DNA of 64,000 bases from Clostridiales bacterium (lineage in GTDB: Bacteria; Bacillota; Clostridia; Oscillospirales; CAG-272). Made by a program: the position numbers and the translations under genes. The number at the start of each line of letters is the position of its first letter. Within the stretch, counting starts at the first letter, position 1. Below the pieces are notes generated by a model that was not told where the DNA came from, made no database searches, and saw nothing but the letters and a program-made list of their open reading frames with translations. The stretch is taken from contig JAILLB010000006.1 in NCBI GenBank assembly GCA_024693345.1, forward strand, positions 16,523 to 80,522, read 5' to 3'. Shown here one piece after another: positions 34,511 to 43,673 of the stretch.

Positions 34511-35410
34511 ATGGAGTGGTTAACATGTGTCAGGACTTCAATCGAATATATTGAGAGTCATATAACCGAAGACATCAGTACACAACAAGTAGCTGATCAG
34601 GTGCATCTGTCTCCCTTTTTTCTCCAGAAAGGTTTTTCTGTAATGACCGGAATGGGCTTAGGGGAATACATCCGGAACCGCAGATTGTATCTCGCTGCTT
34701 GCGATCTTCAAAATACGAATGATAAAGTGATTGATATTTCTTTGCGATATGGGTATGAAACACCGGAGAGCTTCACGAAAGCATTTACACGATTTCACGG
34801 AGCAACTCCTTCTCAAGTTCGTGCCGGGGCTGACATAACACCCTTTCTTCCACTGACAATCAAATTATCCGTTCAAGGAGGTTACGAAATGGATTACAAA
34901 ATTGCACCAATGTTCCCTTTTAAGGTGATTGGATTTCAGAAAGTATTTGACATGGAATCATCGTATAAAAAAATACCTGAATTCTGGGATGAAATCTGCG
35001 AGAAGTATGCTAAAAACGTTTATGCGGGAAATGCTCCTGCCAATCCTTATGAACAGGCACTGGTAGATAACTGCATCGGCGAGTATGGTGTCTGCATCGA
35101 CGATATAGGCGGTGGAAAGTTCAGATATCTGGTTGCCGGAAGATATACTGGAGGAGATGTACCTGAAGGAATGGTCGTCTATGAATTTCCGCGTGGCGAG
35201 TGGGCTGTATTCAACTGCATTGGTCCTAACCCTGAGACACTACAGAGGATTAACACGCAAATTTTCCAGGAATGGCTACCAGGAAATCCGGATTACGAAC
35301 TATTCGGAAATGCTACGGTCGAATGGTACGACTGTGTAAACGGTGAGATGACTGATCCTGATTACCACAGCGCAATCTGGGTTCCGGTCAGGAAACGCCA
35401 TCAAGTCTGA
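34511..35410 (+). CDS. AraC family regulator with GyrI-like effector-binding domain
   Basis: 299 aa. AraC HTH ISLRYGYETPESFTKAFTRFHGATPSQ. C-terminal half resembles Rob/GyrI-like small-molecule-binding domains. Confidence 0.8.
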   Translation: MEWLTCVRTSIEYIESHITEDISTQQVADQVHLSPFFLQKGFSVMTGMGLGEYIRNRRLYLAACDLQNTNDKVIDISLRYGYETPESFTKAFTRFHGATPSQVRAGADITPFLPLTIKLSVQGGYEMDYKIAPMFPFKVIGFQKVFDMESSYKKIPEFWDEICEKYAKNVYAGNAPANPYEQALVDNCIGEYGVCIDDIGGGKFRYLVAGRYTGGDVPEGMVVYEFPRGEWAVFNCIGPNPETLQRINTQIFQEWLPGNPDYELFGNATVEWYDCVNGEMTDPDYHSAIWVPVRKRHQV

Positions 35411-35464
35411 TGAAATAAGTAAGAAGAATCATGCATTCTCAAAAAAGATATGGAAATCAAAAAA

Positions 35465-35491
35465 CTGCAGGTCAAATGGCCTGCAGTTTTT
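35465..35491 (+). terminator. Rho-independent terminator after AraC-family gene
   Basis: CTGCAGG-tcaaatgg-CCTGCAG followed by TTTTT. Confidence 0.7.
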
Positions 35492-35650
35492 CGTGTCTTG
35501 TCACTGTAAAAATCGTCATTTTTGCCGAATTTGTCAATTAATTTTGTTTACTTTTGACAAAATAGACATATTTATGTATTTTTATATGGCTTTTTTTGTG
35601 AAAATATACTATCATGTTATTTAGCAAATTGAAAAGGAGCTACCCAACAA

Positions 35651-37267
35651 ATGGAAGAAATGAATAACAAGCCCATTGAGCACAACGTAGATGCTCCGGG
35701 ACAACCCATTTCAAAGAGAAAACGTAAGAAAAGAGAGAAAAATCTGATTTTCTACCCGCTCGGCACGATCGGTAGAGACATGATGTATTTCTTATTTAAC
35801 AACTGTATTCTTACATACATCCTCTTCACAAAACAACTGACTGCAGAACAGCTGCTTGCAATTACAGGCATCATGGTTGCCGCACGTATCTTCGATGCAC
35901 TCAATGACCCGATCATGGGTAACATTATTGAGATAACGAGAACAAAATGGGGTAAATTCAAACCCTGGCTTCTCATCGGTGTATTATCCACATCAATCGT
36001 TATTTACCTTGCATTCAACATGCAACTTCAGGGATGGGGATTTGTTGTATTCTTCGGAATAATCTATTTTGCATACAGCATTACATATACGATGCACGAT
36101 ATCTCATACTGGGGCATGATTCCTGCAATGTCAAGAGACGCAGATCTTCGCAACCAGTACACATCAAGAGCAACATTCTTTGCGGGCGTTGGTTCGACTC
36201 TGGCATCCGTCCTTATTCCTGTTCTCACAACAGGTAACATGGCTATCGGAGGAAGTGCCGGAACTGCATACGGCGTCATTGCATTGATTATAGCAATACT
36301 CGGACCTGTATTTATCCTCTTCACCTTGTTTGGTGCCAAGGAGCACAGGGGCGATGATATGGAACCGAAGATGAAACTGAACTTCAGAAGATTCTTCCGT
36401 ACCATCAAACAAAACGATCAGCTCCGCTGGATGATAGTAATATTCCTTGTTCAGCAGATAGCAAACTCTCTCGTATTCGGTGGAATAGGCTCAAGTTTTA
36501 TCTACTTCCGCTATGGATATGAAGGTGGACTGTATTCAGTCTTCTCAATGGTAGGCGTTGCTGCAACTGCTGTTTTGATGCTTGCTTACCCTGCACTTTC
36601 AAGAAAGTTTTCAAGAAAGAAACTCATGACCTTCGGAATGATTATGGTAGCATTCGGAAGTGTACTTGAAATTCTCGGCGGTTTGATTCTGTCACCTGTT
36701 CCCGGCGCAGGACTTGCTGATATAAGCTTCATTATTCTTACAGTCGGATACATGACAGTAAACCTCGGACTCTATGCATTCTACCTCATCATGATGATTT
36801 CTATAGTAAACACGGTAGAATACAACCAGTTGCTCACAACACACCGCAACGAAGCAATCATTACTTCAATGCGTCCTCTTCTCACAAAGATGGGCAGCGC
36901 AATTGTAGTTGCTTTGACTTCACTCACCTATCTCATCTTCAACATCACTGAAAAGACAAACCTCATTTCATCATTTGAGCAGCAGGCTCAACTTGGAGAG
37001 ATCACAGATGTTGAACGTATGGAAGGTATTAAATCAGTAATTGATGGCGTTGAATCGTCACAGACATTAGGCCTTCTCATGGCAATGGTGCTCATCCCGA
37101 TAGTATTCGGATTTGTCTCATACATTCTGTATCAGAAGAAATACAAACTTGATGAAAAGACATATGACGACATCTGCCGTCAGCTCGAAGAGAGAAAGGC
37201 AGCTGAAAGCGAGACGGTTCCATCCGGTGAACCCGCAGCAGAACCTGTCGCAACAGCAGAAGAATAA
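35651..37267 (+). CDS. Glycoside-pentoside-hexuronide (GPH):cation symporter family transporter
   Basis: 538 aa, about 12 TM segments. GPH signature region AARIFDALNDPIMGNIIE. Long acidic C-terminal tail. Confidence 0.8.
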   Translation: MEEMNNKPIEHNVDAPGQPISKRKRKKREKNLIFYPLGTIGRDMMYFLFNNCILTYILFTKQLTAEQLLAITGIMVAARIFDALNDPIMGNIIEITRTKWGKFKPWLLIGVLSTSIVIYLAFNMQLQGWGFVVFFGIIYFAYSITYTMHDISYWGMIPAMSRDADLRNQYTSRATFFAGVGSTLASVLIPVLTTGNMAIGGSAGTAYGVIALIIAILGPVFILFTLFGAKEHRGDDMEPKMKLNFRRFFRTIKQNDQLRWMIVIFLVQQIANSLVFGGIGSSFIYFRYGYEGGLYSVFSMVGVAATAVLMLAYPALSRKFSRKKLMTFGMIMVAFGSVLEILGGLILSPVPGAGLADISFIILTVGYMTVNLGLYAFYLIMMISIVNTVEYNQLLTTHRNEAIITSMRPLLTKMGSAIVVALTSLTYLIFNITEKTNLISSFEQQAQLGEITDVERMEGIKSVIDGVESSQTLGLLMAMVLIPIVFGFVSYILYQKKYKLDEKTYDDICRQLEERKAAESETVPSGEPAAEPVATAEE

Positions 37268-37286
37268 ATATATTCAGATACGGCAA

Positions 37287-37316
37287 GACCCCGAAAGCAA
37301 TTTCGGGGTCTGTTGT
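37287..37316. terminator. Terminator hairpin between convergent genes
   Basis: GACCCCGAAA-gcaa-TTTCGGGGTC then TGTTGT. Modest U-tract. Confidence 0.6.
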
Positions 37317-37333
37317 ATATGTTGTCGTCAATT

Positions 37334-37879
37334 TCAGAACTTGAATATCTTTCTGTATATTCCTTTCAGATCTACCACAAACACAAGTATGATTCCGAGG
37401 AATCCTCCGACAAATGCCTGAAGAATCTGGTACGGCAGTTTCAGAAGTGCCTGTTCAGGATTTCCGTAAATGTATGCTCTTCCAAATGAATAGCCTACTA
37501 CCATTATTACTGCACCGACGAAAACAGCCAGAATGGATTTCCAGAATATTGGGTCTTCATCTGATCCGAGAAGAAGGTTCTCTTTTCTGAATCTGTGCGA
37601 GATGATAGAAATCGCAACCGCCTGAAGTCCGTGAGTTACAAGGGATACAAACATCGGTGCAGGATAGAAGAACAGGTCGCCAAGAAAAGCTCCTACGCCT
37701 CCCACAACAAAAGCAGGCAATGGTCCCAAAAGCATCGATGCCACCGCTATAATCACATCATTGAGGTAAAGGTGTCCTCCCGGAACCGGTACAGAGAAAG
37801 AACTCATTACTATATTCATTGCAGTAAAAACTGCTGTCACCGTTATAATCCTGATTGGAATTCTTTTATTGTTTTCCAT
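37334..37879 (-). CDS. ECF transporter S (substrate-capture) component, substrate unknown
   Basis: About 181-aa, 5-6 TM protein (IRIITVTAVFTAMNIVMSSFSVPVPGGHLYLNDVII...). Start trimmed to ATG 37879 behind AGAGG. Divergent from a MocR-type regulator. Confidence 0.65.
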   Translation of the reverse strand: MENNKRIPIRIITVTAVFTAMNIVMSSFSVPVPGGHLYLNDVIIAVASMLLGPLPAFVVGGVGAFLGDLFFYPAPMFVSLVTHGLQAVAISIISHRFRKENLLLGSDEDPIFWKSILAVFVGAVIMVVGYSFGRAYIYGNPEQALLKLPYQILQAFVGGFLGIILVFVVDLKGIYRKIFKF

Positions 37880-37978
37880 AACAACCTCTTGACTATTCTT
37901 GTGTTCTTGCTTTATTATATACCCATCTGGTATTATTTGTATCATCAGAAATGAAATATTTATTAAGGTCAGTTTGCC

Positions 37979-39052
37979 ATGCTAACATATTCAATGGACA
38001 ACAGAAAGAATGTTTCCAAAACCATTTATCTCTATAGGTGCATAAAAGATGACATAGAATCCGGAGCTATAAAAAAGGGCGAAAAACTGCCGTCCAAAAG
38101 AGCTCTGTCCGATCATCTTTCCATTAGCGTCATTACCGTGGAGAATGCATATTCTCTTCTGCAGGACGAAGGGTACATTGAGTCCAGACCCAAGAGCGGT
38201 TTTTATGTATCAAACGTCGTAAAGGTAAATACGAATCCATCAAACCCTTATGAGTTACTTGATGAAGATGAGGACAAGGAAGTCGCAACGGGAGATGCAA
38301 TTCAGCCTTCGATGGCAAAGATAATGAGAAAAGTAATCTCGGAAATGCCTGAAATAACGAGCATAAAACCTCCCACAATGGGCTGCGCTTGTCTCAGAAA
38401 CGAGATTGCCACTTTTCTTAAGCGATACAGGAACATGAACGTAAACCCGAAGAACATAGTTATAGGGTCAGGTGCTGAATATCTGTACAGCCTTATAGTT
38501 TACCTGTTCGGAACAAAAAAGACATATGCAATCGAAAATCCGTCATATGAGAAAATTAGCAGTGTGTACAAACTGAATGGTGCTCATGTCGAACAATTGA
38601 AGCTTGAAAAAGACGGTATTCCCACCGAGACATTAAAGAAAACAAAAGCATCTGTTCTCCACGTATCTCCTTTCCACAGCTACCCTTCCGGTATTACTGC
38701 TTCAGCGGGAAAGAGACGCGAGTATATAGACTGGGCAGTTGATAACAACGGGTATATCATAGAAGATGATTTTGATTCGGAATTTGTTTATTCAAAAAAG
38801 CCCCTTGAAACCATGTTTTCAATGGACAGCAGTCAGCGTGTCATATATCTGAACACTTTTTCAAAGAGCATTTCACCGTCAATCAGAATCGGATACATGA
38901 TTCTGCCTGATGAACTCAAAAAAGTATACGAAAAGAAATTGTTTTTCCTCTCGTGCACTGTTCCCGTCTTTGATCAGTATGTTCTGGCAGAATATATACA
39001 AAGCGGCAGTTTTGAGAGATTGCTGAACATAAGAAGAAAATCCAGTCAGTGA
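37979..39052 (+). CDS. MocR/GabR-type GntR regulator (wHTH + PLP aminotransferase-fold domain), C-terminally short
   Basis: GntR wHTH KLPSKRALSDHLSISVITVENAYSLLQDEGYIESRPKSGFYV. Fold-type-I domain with PLP lysine context LNTFSKSISPSIRIGY. Only 61 aa follow the lysine, whereas I expect about 160 in full-length family members. Confidence 0.7.
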   Translation: MLTYSMDNRKNVSKTIYLYRCIKDDIESGAIKKGEKLPSKRALSDHLSISVITVENAYSLLQDEGYIESRPKSGFYVSNVVKVNTNPSNPYELLDEDEDKEVATGDAIQPSMAKIMRKVISEMPEITSIKPPTMGCACLRNEIATFLKRYRNMNVNPKNIVIGSGAEYLYSLIVYLFGTKKTYAIENPSYEKISSVYKLNGAHVEQLKLEKDGIPTETLKKTKASVLHVSPFHSYPSGITASAGKRREYIDWAVDNNGYIIEDDFDSEFVYSKKPLETMFSMDSSQRVIYLNTFSKSISPSIRIGYMILPDELKKVYEKKLFFLSCTVPVFDQYVLAEYIQSGSFERLLNIRRKSSQ

Positions 39053-39144
39053 GAAGACAATGTCGTGTTGTGTTTTTCCCTGTGCTGGGATATAATAGTT
39101 CAAGAATTAATTGATGGTACTTTTTACACGTATCGGAGGTTTTC

Positions 39145-40269
39145 ATGATTGAAATTCGCGAAGTAAAAGGCAAAAGCATGCTGAGAAAGTTTATTGACTT
39201 TCCGGTAAAGCTATATAAAGGGTGCGAATACTTCACACCTTATCTGTATGAAGATGAGATTGAGAATCTCTCTCCGGGCAAGAACCCGCAGACAAGCCAC
39301 TGCATTTTCAAACTGCTGCTGGCATATAAAGACGGCAAAATTGTCGGAAGAGTCTGCGGAATAATAAACAAGTATGCAAATGAAAAATACAATCAGAAAC
39401 GTGTTCGCTTCAACAGAATCGACATGATTGATGATATTGAAGTTACAAAAGCATTGTTAAAAGCAGTCGAAGAATTCGGACTTGAATACGGACTTGATGA
39501 GATAGTAGGACCGCTCGGATACAGCGATCAGGACAAAGAAGGAATGCTCACTTACGGATTCGACCAGAAGAACTCTTTCATGACATTCTACACATACGAA
39601 TACTATGTTGAACACCTGAAAAAACTCGGATATGTCGAAGACGCAGTGTGGAATGAATACAGAGTGCCGATTCCTAAGGAAATGGATCCGCTCTTCACAA
39701 AATTATCCGGTTTGTGTCAGAAAAGATTTAAACTAAGACCCGTTCAACTCAAAAAGAACGAAAACCTGAAACCATATGTTGAGGAAGTTCTGAGTCTTAC
39801 AAATAAATGCTATGCAGACTTGTATGGTTATGTTCCCTACAGCAAAGATGAAATGCATCACCTGGCAGCACAGTACCTGCCCATGATAGACCCCAAGTAT
39901 TTGCCGATGGTATATAACGAAAACAATGATCTCGTAGCTTATGGATTGATGATACATACACCTGTCGATGCACTGAAAAGACACAACGGACACTTGTTCC
40001 CGTTTGGTTTTATTGATTTCCTATATCAGATAAAACATGCAAAAGTTCTTGATATGCTACTTGTCGCAGTTGATCCTGACTACAGAGAAAAAGGCGCATT
40101 GGCCATTATTCTGGAGCAAGGAATCAGAAATGCCATAAGCGACGGCATTGAATATGCCGAAACCGGTCCGACTTTGACAGAAAACAAAGAAATCCAGGCC
40201 ATGTGGGCAAGATTCAACAGAGTTCACCACAAGACAAGAGCATGCTTTATAAAGCCAATTGAAAAATAG
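39145..40269 (+). CDS. Large GNAT-like acyltransferase-fold protein of unknown function
   Basis: 374 aa. N-terminus KFIDFPVKLYKGCEYFTPYL...AYKDGKIVGRVCGIIN...RFNRIDMIDDIEV...GPLGYSDQDKEGML resembles a widespread uncharacterised GNAT-annotated family. This is recognition by memory, not by search. Confidence 0.5.
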   Translation: MIEIREVKGKSMLRKFIDFPVKLYKGCEYFTPYLYEDEIENLSPGKNPQTSHCIFKLLLAYKDGKIVGRVCGIINKYANEKYNQKRVRFNRIDMIDDIEVTKALLKAVEEFGLEYGLDEIVGPLGYSDQDKEGMLTYGFDQKNSFMTFYTYEYYVEHLKKLGYVEDAVWNEYRVPIPKEMDPLFTKLSGLCQKRFKLRPVQLKKNENLKPYVEEVLSLTNKCYADLYGYVPYSKDEMHHLAAQYLPMIDPKYLPMVYNENNDLVAYGLMIHTPVDALKRHNGHLFPFGFIDFLYQIKHAKVLDMLLVAVDPDYREKGALAIILEQGIRNAISDGIEYAETGPTLTENKEIQAMWARFNRVHHKTRACFIKPIEK

Positions 40270-40281
40270 AACAACTTACAG

Positions 40282-40311
40282 AAAAGCGCCCAGTATTGGA
40301 GCGCTTTTTTT
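40282..40311. terminator. Terminator hairpin between convergent genes
   Basis: AAAAGCGC...GCGCTTTTTTT. Short GC core flanked by A- and T-runs. Confidence 0.5.
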
Positions 40312-41423
40312 CACAATAAGAAGAAGTATGTAATTGCACCGAGTACAACAAGGAAAAGCAAATTCAAAAGAACAAATGTTTTAATATATTTCTTTCCGTC
40401 ATTCGGATACAACTTTTTGAATTCACTGTAAGTTATAAGGCTTGCAAGAGATGCAATCAGTGTTCCCGTACCGCCTATATTGACTCCCAGCAGCAATTCT
40501 TTGAAATTGTCAGTGAACCTTGAAAGCAGTATCGCTGTAGGAACGTTACTTATAACCTGACATGATGCAAGTGAGACAAGGAATGTACTCTTATCCAACA
40601 GTCCCGAAAGCAAGTCATGAATAAACGTAAGCCTTGACATGTTTCCGGCAAAGATGAAGAATGCCACAAATGTGAGTAACAGCGGGTAATCTACGGCCGC
40701 CAAAGCTTCCCTGTCCATAAACATCAAAACAACGAATATGAGGGCTGCTACGATATAATATGGCAAAATTCTGAACACTGCAAGTATTGACAGAACAAAC
40801 ATCACTATGTATACAGTTGTTCTTACAGGTGGCAATGGTTTTGAAATCTGCTCATCCACTTTCAGTTTTTCTGCAGGCAGCGGCAGACAGCATGCCACAA
40901 GCATCAAAACAGCAAGAATAAACGGTATTACCATTATTCCCATGAATTCGCCCGTCGGTATATTGAAATATGAGTAAAGGTACAGATTTTGAGGGTTACC
41001 GAAAGGAGTAAGCATTCCTCCTAGGTTAGCCGATATATTTTGCAGTATAAAAATGTATGCGCTGTGTTTTTCCTGACCCGTTACTGACAACGACAGATAT
41101 CCGAGAGGCAAAAACGTAATGAGAGCCATATCGTTTGCAATCAGCATGGACCCTATAAATGTCATTACTATCAGAATGATTGCCAGAACTCTGAGATTTC
41201 CGACCACTCTAACTATCTTACGAGAGATTATCGTAAAGAACATTATATCTCTCAATGCACAGACAACCGCCAGTGTCGCAAACAGACATGCTATTGTCTT
41301 GTAGTCTATATATGACAGATATTCTTTGTCGGGTGGCACCAGAAAGCAGCTTACAACAGCGCAAATAACTGCCACACAGAATACAACGTGCGACTTTATA
41401 AAGTGCACCACTTTTGTTTTCAT
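40311..41423 (-). CDS. Ion-transporter-superfamily anion permease (ArsB/NhaD/CitMHS-like)
   Basis: 370 aa, about 10-12 TM segments. Layout resembles the citrate/arsenite permease superfamily. Confidence 0.6.
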   Translation of the reverse strand: MKTKVVHFIKSHVVFCVAVICAVVSCFLVPPDKEYLSYIDYKTIACLFATLAVVCALRDIMFFTIISRKIVRVVGNLRVLAIILIVMTFIGSMLIANDMALITFLPLGYLSLSVTGQEKHSAYIFILQNISANLGGMLTPFGNPQNLYLYSYFNIPTGEFMGIMVIPFILAVLMLVACCLPLPAEKLKVDEQISKPLPPVRTTVYIVMFVLSILAVFRILPYYIVAALIFVVLMFMDREALAAVDYPLLLTFVAFFIFAGNMSRLTFIHDLLSGLLDKSTFLVSLASCQVISNVPTAILLSRFTDNFKELLLGVNIGGTGTLIASLASLITYSEFKKLYPNDGKKYIKTFVLLNLLFLVVLGAITYFFLL

Positions 41424-41467
41424 TAATTGTTCCTTTTTTCAATGCAAATCCAAAATGAATTCGCAGA

Positions 41468-41496
41468 ATATTACCGCAATATTGTATCACTTGCAA
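41468..41496 (-). promoter_or_regulatory. Sigma-70-type promoter for permease gene
   Basis: Minus strand TTGCAA (41496-41491), 17 nt spacer, TAATAT (41473-41468). Confidence 0.55.
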
Positions 41497-41507
41497 CAAA
41501 AAATACA

Positions 41508-41549
41508 ATACCAAAAAAAAAGAAAAACGGCCGATCAATCACCGGCCGA
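41508..41549 (-). terminator. Rho-independent terminator after SDR gene
   Basis: CGGCCG-9 nt-CGGCCG (41528-41548); on the minus strand it is followed by TTTTTCTTTTTTTTT. Confidence 0.6.
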
Positions 41550-41558
41550 TGTTCATAT

Positions 41559-42365
41559 TCAATTCGCGTATAATTTGTACAATACCCAGTTGGCAAATCT
41601 TATTGGAAGAAATTTCAATGCCACGGTAATCAGTTTGTATGAAAAACCAACAGTGTACAAAGGCTTTACATGTGATGCAAGAGACTTGTCTGCTATGAAT
41701 TTGCCTACCTTCTCTGCAGGCACTCCGTTTTTCTCGTCCTGTTCCATTCTTCTGACAGACTTGGAGATTCTGCCCGAATACTCTTCATCACCTTTTTCGA
41801 TCTTTTTTCTGTTGTCAGTAAATCCGGTCTTTGTGTCACCCGGCATTACGGCACATACAGTGATTCCGTATGGTCTTACTTCATTTGCGGTAGCACAAAC
41901 AAACGTGTTAACAGCAGACTTTGATGCAGAATAGTAAGTCTGGAAAGGAATCGGTGCAACTGCTGCAACCGAGCTGACACACACTATTCTTCCACTCTTC
42001 TGCTTTCTCATCTGAGGAAGGACTGCATGAACAGCATTGACCGTTCCCTTGAAAACCACATCAACCTGTTTTGTGACATCAGCTATATCGGTAAACTCAA
42101 CGGCTCCGGAAATACCTGATCCTGCACAAGTAACCAGTATGTCTATTTTTCCTTCTTCCTCAATAACCTTGGAAATGGCATTGCTGACAGAAGAATCATC
42201 ACAAACATCAGCACAGATGTGCTTTAATCCGTCGAATTGGAACTCTTTTCTGCTGATGATGTAAACCACACACGTTTGAGACAGTTTTTTGGCCGTTTCC
42301 AGGCCTATTCCGCTTGACCCTCCCGTGATTACCGCAACCTGCTTAGAGTTGACAGATGAGCTCAT
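41559..42365 (-). CDS. Classical short-chain dehydrogenase/reductase (candidate 3-keto-amino-lipid reductase)
   Basis: Start trimmed to ATG 42365 (MSSSVNSKQVAVITGGSSGIG). Catalytic YYSASK. Hydrophobic/amphipathic C-terminal tail YKLITVALKFLPIRFANWVLYKLY. Starts 1 nt after the upstream stop. Confidence 0.8.
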   Translation of the reverse strand: MSSSVNSKQVAVITGGSSGIGLETAKKLSQTCVVYIISRKEFQFDGLKHICADVCDDSSVSNAISKVIEEEGKIDILVTCAGSGISGAVEFTDIADVTKQVDVVFKGTVNAVHAVLPQMRKQKSGRIVCVSSVAAVAPIPFQTYYSASKSAVNTFVCATANEVRPYGITVCAVMPGDTKTGFTDNRKKIEKGDEEYSGRISKSVRRMEQDEKNGVPAEKVGKFIADKSLASHVKPLYTVGFSYKLITVALKFLPIRFANWVLYKLYAN

Positions 42366-42366
42366 A

Positions 42367-43539
42367 TCAGCACTCTTTGAGCACTCTGGAGATAATCTCC
42401 ACGGCTTCGTCAATCAATTCGTCGGTATGAGTAGCCATCAGACTTGTTCTGACAAGACATCCATCCGGAGGAGTTGCCGGCGGAACAGAACTGTTGGCAT
42501 ATACACCTTCATCGAACAAACGCTTTGTAATATATAGTGTTCTCTCAAGTTCATATGTGTAAATCGGGATAATCGGTGTTTCTGACATCATTGTTTCTAC
42601 ACCTTTTTCCACGAGTTTTTGACGCATGTACTGTGAGTTGTGTCTCAGTTTATCCACGAGTTCTGGATGCGACTCAAGCACTTTCAAAGCAGCAAGAGCT
42701 GATGCTGCTGATGACGGAGTCATTGATGCCGAGAAAATGAAGGGTCTGGAGTTGTGTCTGACGAAATCTGCGACTTTATATGAAGTTGCCATGAATCCGC
42801 CAAGGCTTGCCAGGGATTTACTGAATGTTCCCATATAGATGTCAACATCATCTTCGAGATTGAAGTGGCTTGCTGTTCCTCTTCCGCCTTTTCCTATAAC
42901 ACCTAAAGCATGTGAATCATCAACCATGACTCTTGCATTGTACTGCTTAGCCAGTCTGACTATTTCAGGGAGCTTTGCTATATCTCCGCCCATGCTGAAT
43001 ACGCCGTCAGTAACAATAAGTTTTCCAGCTTCTTCAGGTATTGTTTTCAGGACTCTTTCGAGATCCTCCATATCTGAGTGATTGAATGTCACTTTCTTTC
43101 CGAAACAAAGCTTACAGCCATCATAAATGCTTGCGTGGTTTTCCTTGTCGCATACGACATAATCACCGATTCTCACCAGTGAGCTTATAATACCGAGGTT
43201 TGTCTGGAATCCGGTTGAAAAAGTAACGACAGCTTCTTTGCCAAGGAACTTAGCCAACTCTTCTTCGAGTTCAAGATGGAGTTCGAGCGTTCCGTTCAGG
43301 AATCTGGAACCGGAACATCCTGTGCCATACTTTTCTACGGCTTTGATTGCCGCTTCCATTACCTCAGGATTTGTTGTAAGGCCGAGATAGTTGTTGGAAC
43401 CCAACATGATTCTCCTCTTGCCTTCCATAATAACCTCATTGGCCTGCTTTGATTGCAGTTCGTGGAAATATGGATATATGCCTTTTTCCCTGACTTCGTC
43501 TGCAGTTGTAAACTGATAGCACTTATCAAAAAGATCCAT
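42367..43539 (-). CDS. PLP-dependent alpha-oxoamine synthase, serine-palmitoyltransferase-like
   Basis: 390 aa. GIYPYFHEL, GSNNYLGL, HASIYDG, TDGVFSMGGD, VDDSHALG, GTFSKSLASLGGF (PLP lysine), RPFIFSASMTP, LVRTSLMATHT. Confidence 0.8.
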   Translation of the reverse strand: MDLFDKCYQFTTADEVREKGIYPYFHELQSKQANEVIMEGKRRIMLGSNNYLGLTTNPEVMEAAIKAVEKYGTGCSGSRFLNGTLELHLELEEELAKFLGKEAVVTFSTGFQTNLGIISSLVRIGDYVVCDKENHASIYDGCKLCFGKKVTFNHSDMEDLERVLKTIPEEAGKLIVTDGVFSMGGDIAKLPEIVRLAKQYNARVMVDDSHALGVIGKGGRGTASHFNLEDDVDIYMGTFSKSLASLGGFMATSYKVADFVRHNSRPFIFSASMTPSSAASALAALKVLESHPELVDKLRHNSQYMRQKLVEKGVETMMSETPIIPIYTYELERTLYITKRLFDEGVYANSSVPPATPPDGCLVRTSLMATHTDELIDEAVEIISRVLKEC

Positions 43540-43673
43540 ACTATTAACGGGGATAGTTTCCCTTTTCCTTCCGTAAATTCTTTAAAATTATACAGCAATG
43601 CTTTTGTCGAAAAAATAGACAAATTAAACAAATTGATACAAAACCATATGTAAAAATATGCAAATTTTATCCA

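Noticed and set aside
41326-41934. 202-aa plus-strand ORF bridging the permease start, an intergenic terminator and the SDR gene
   Set aside because: It crosses a terminator and two well-supported opposite-strand genes. No RBS and no motifs.
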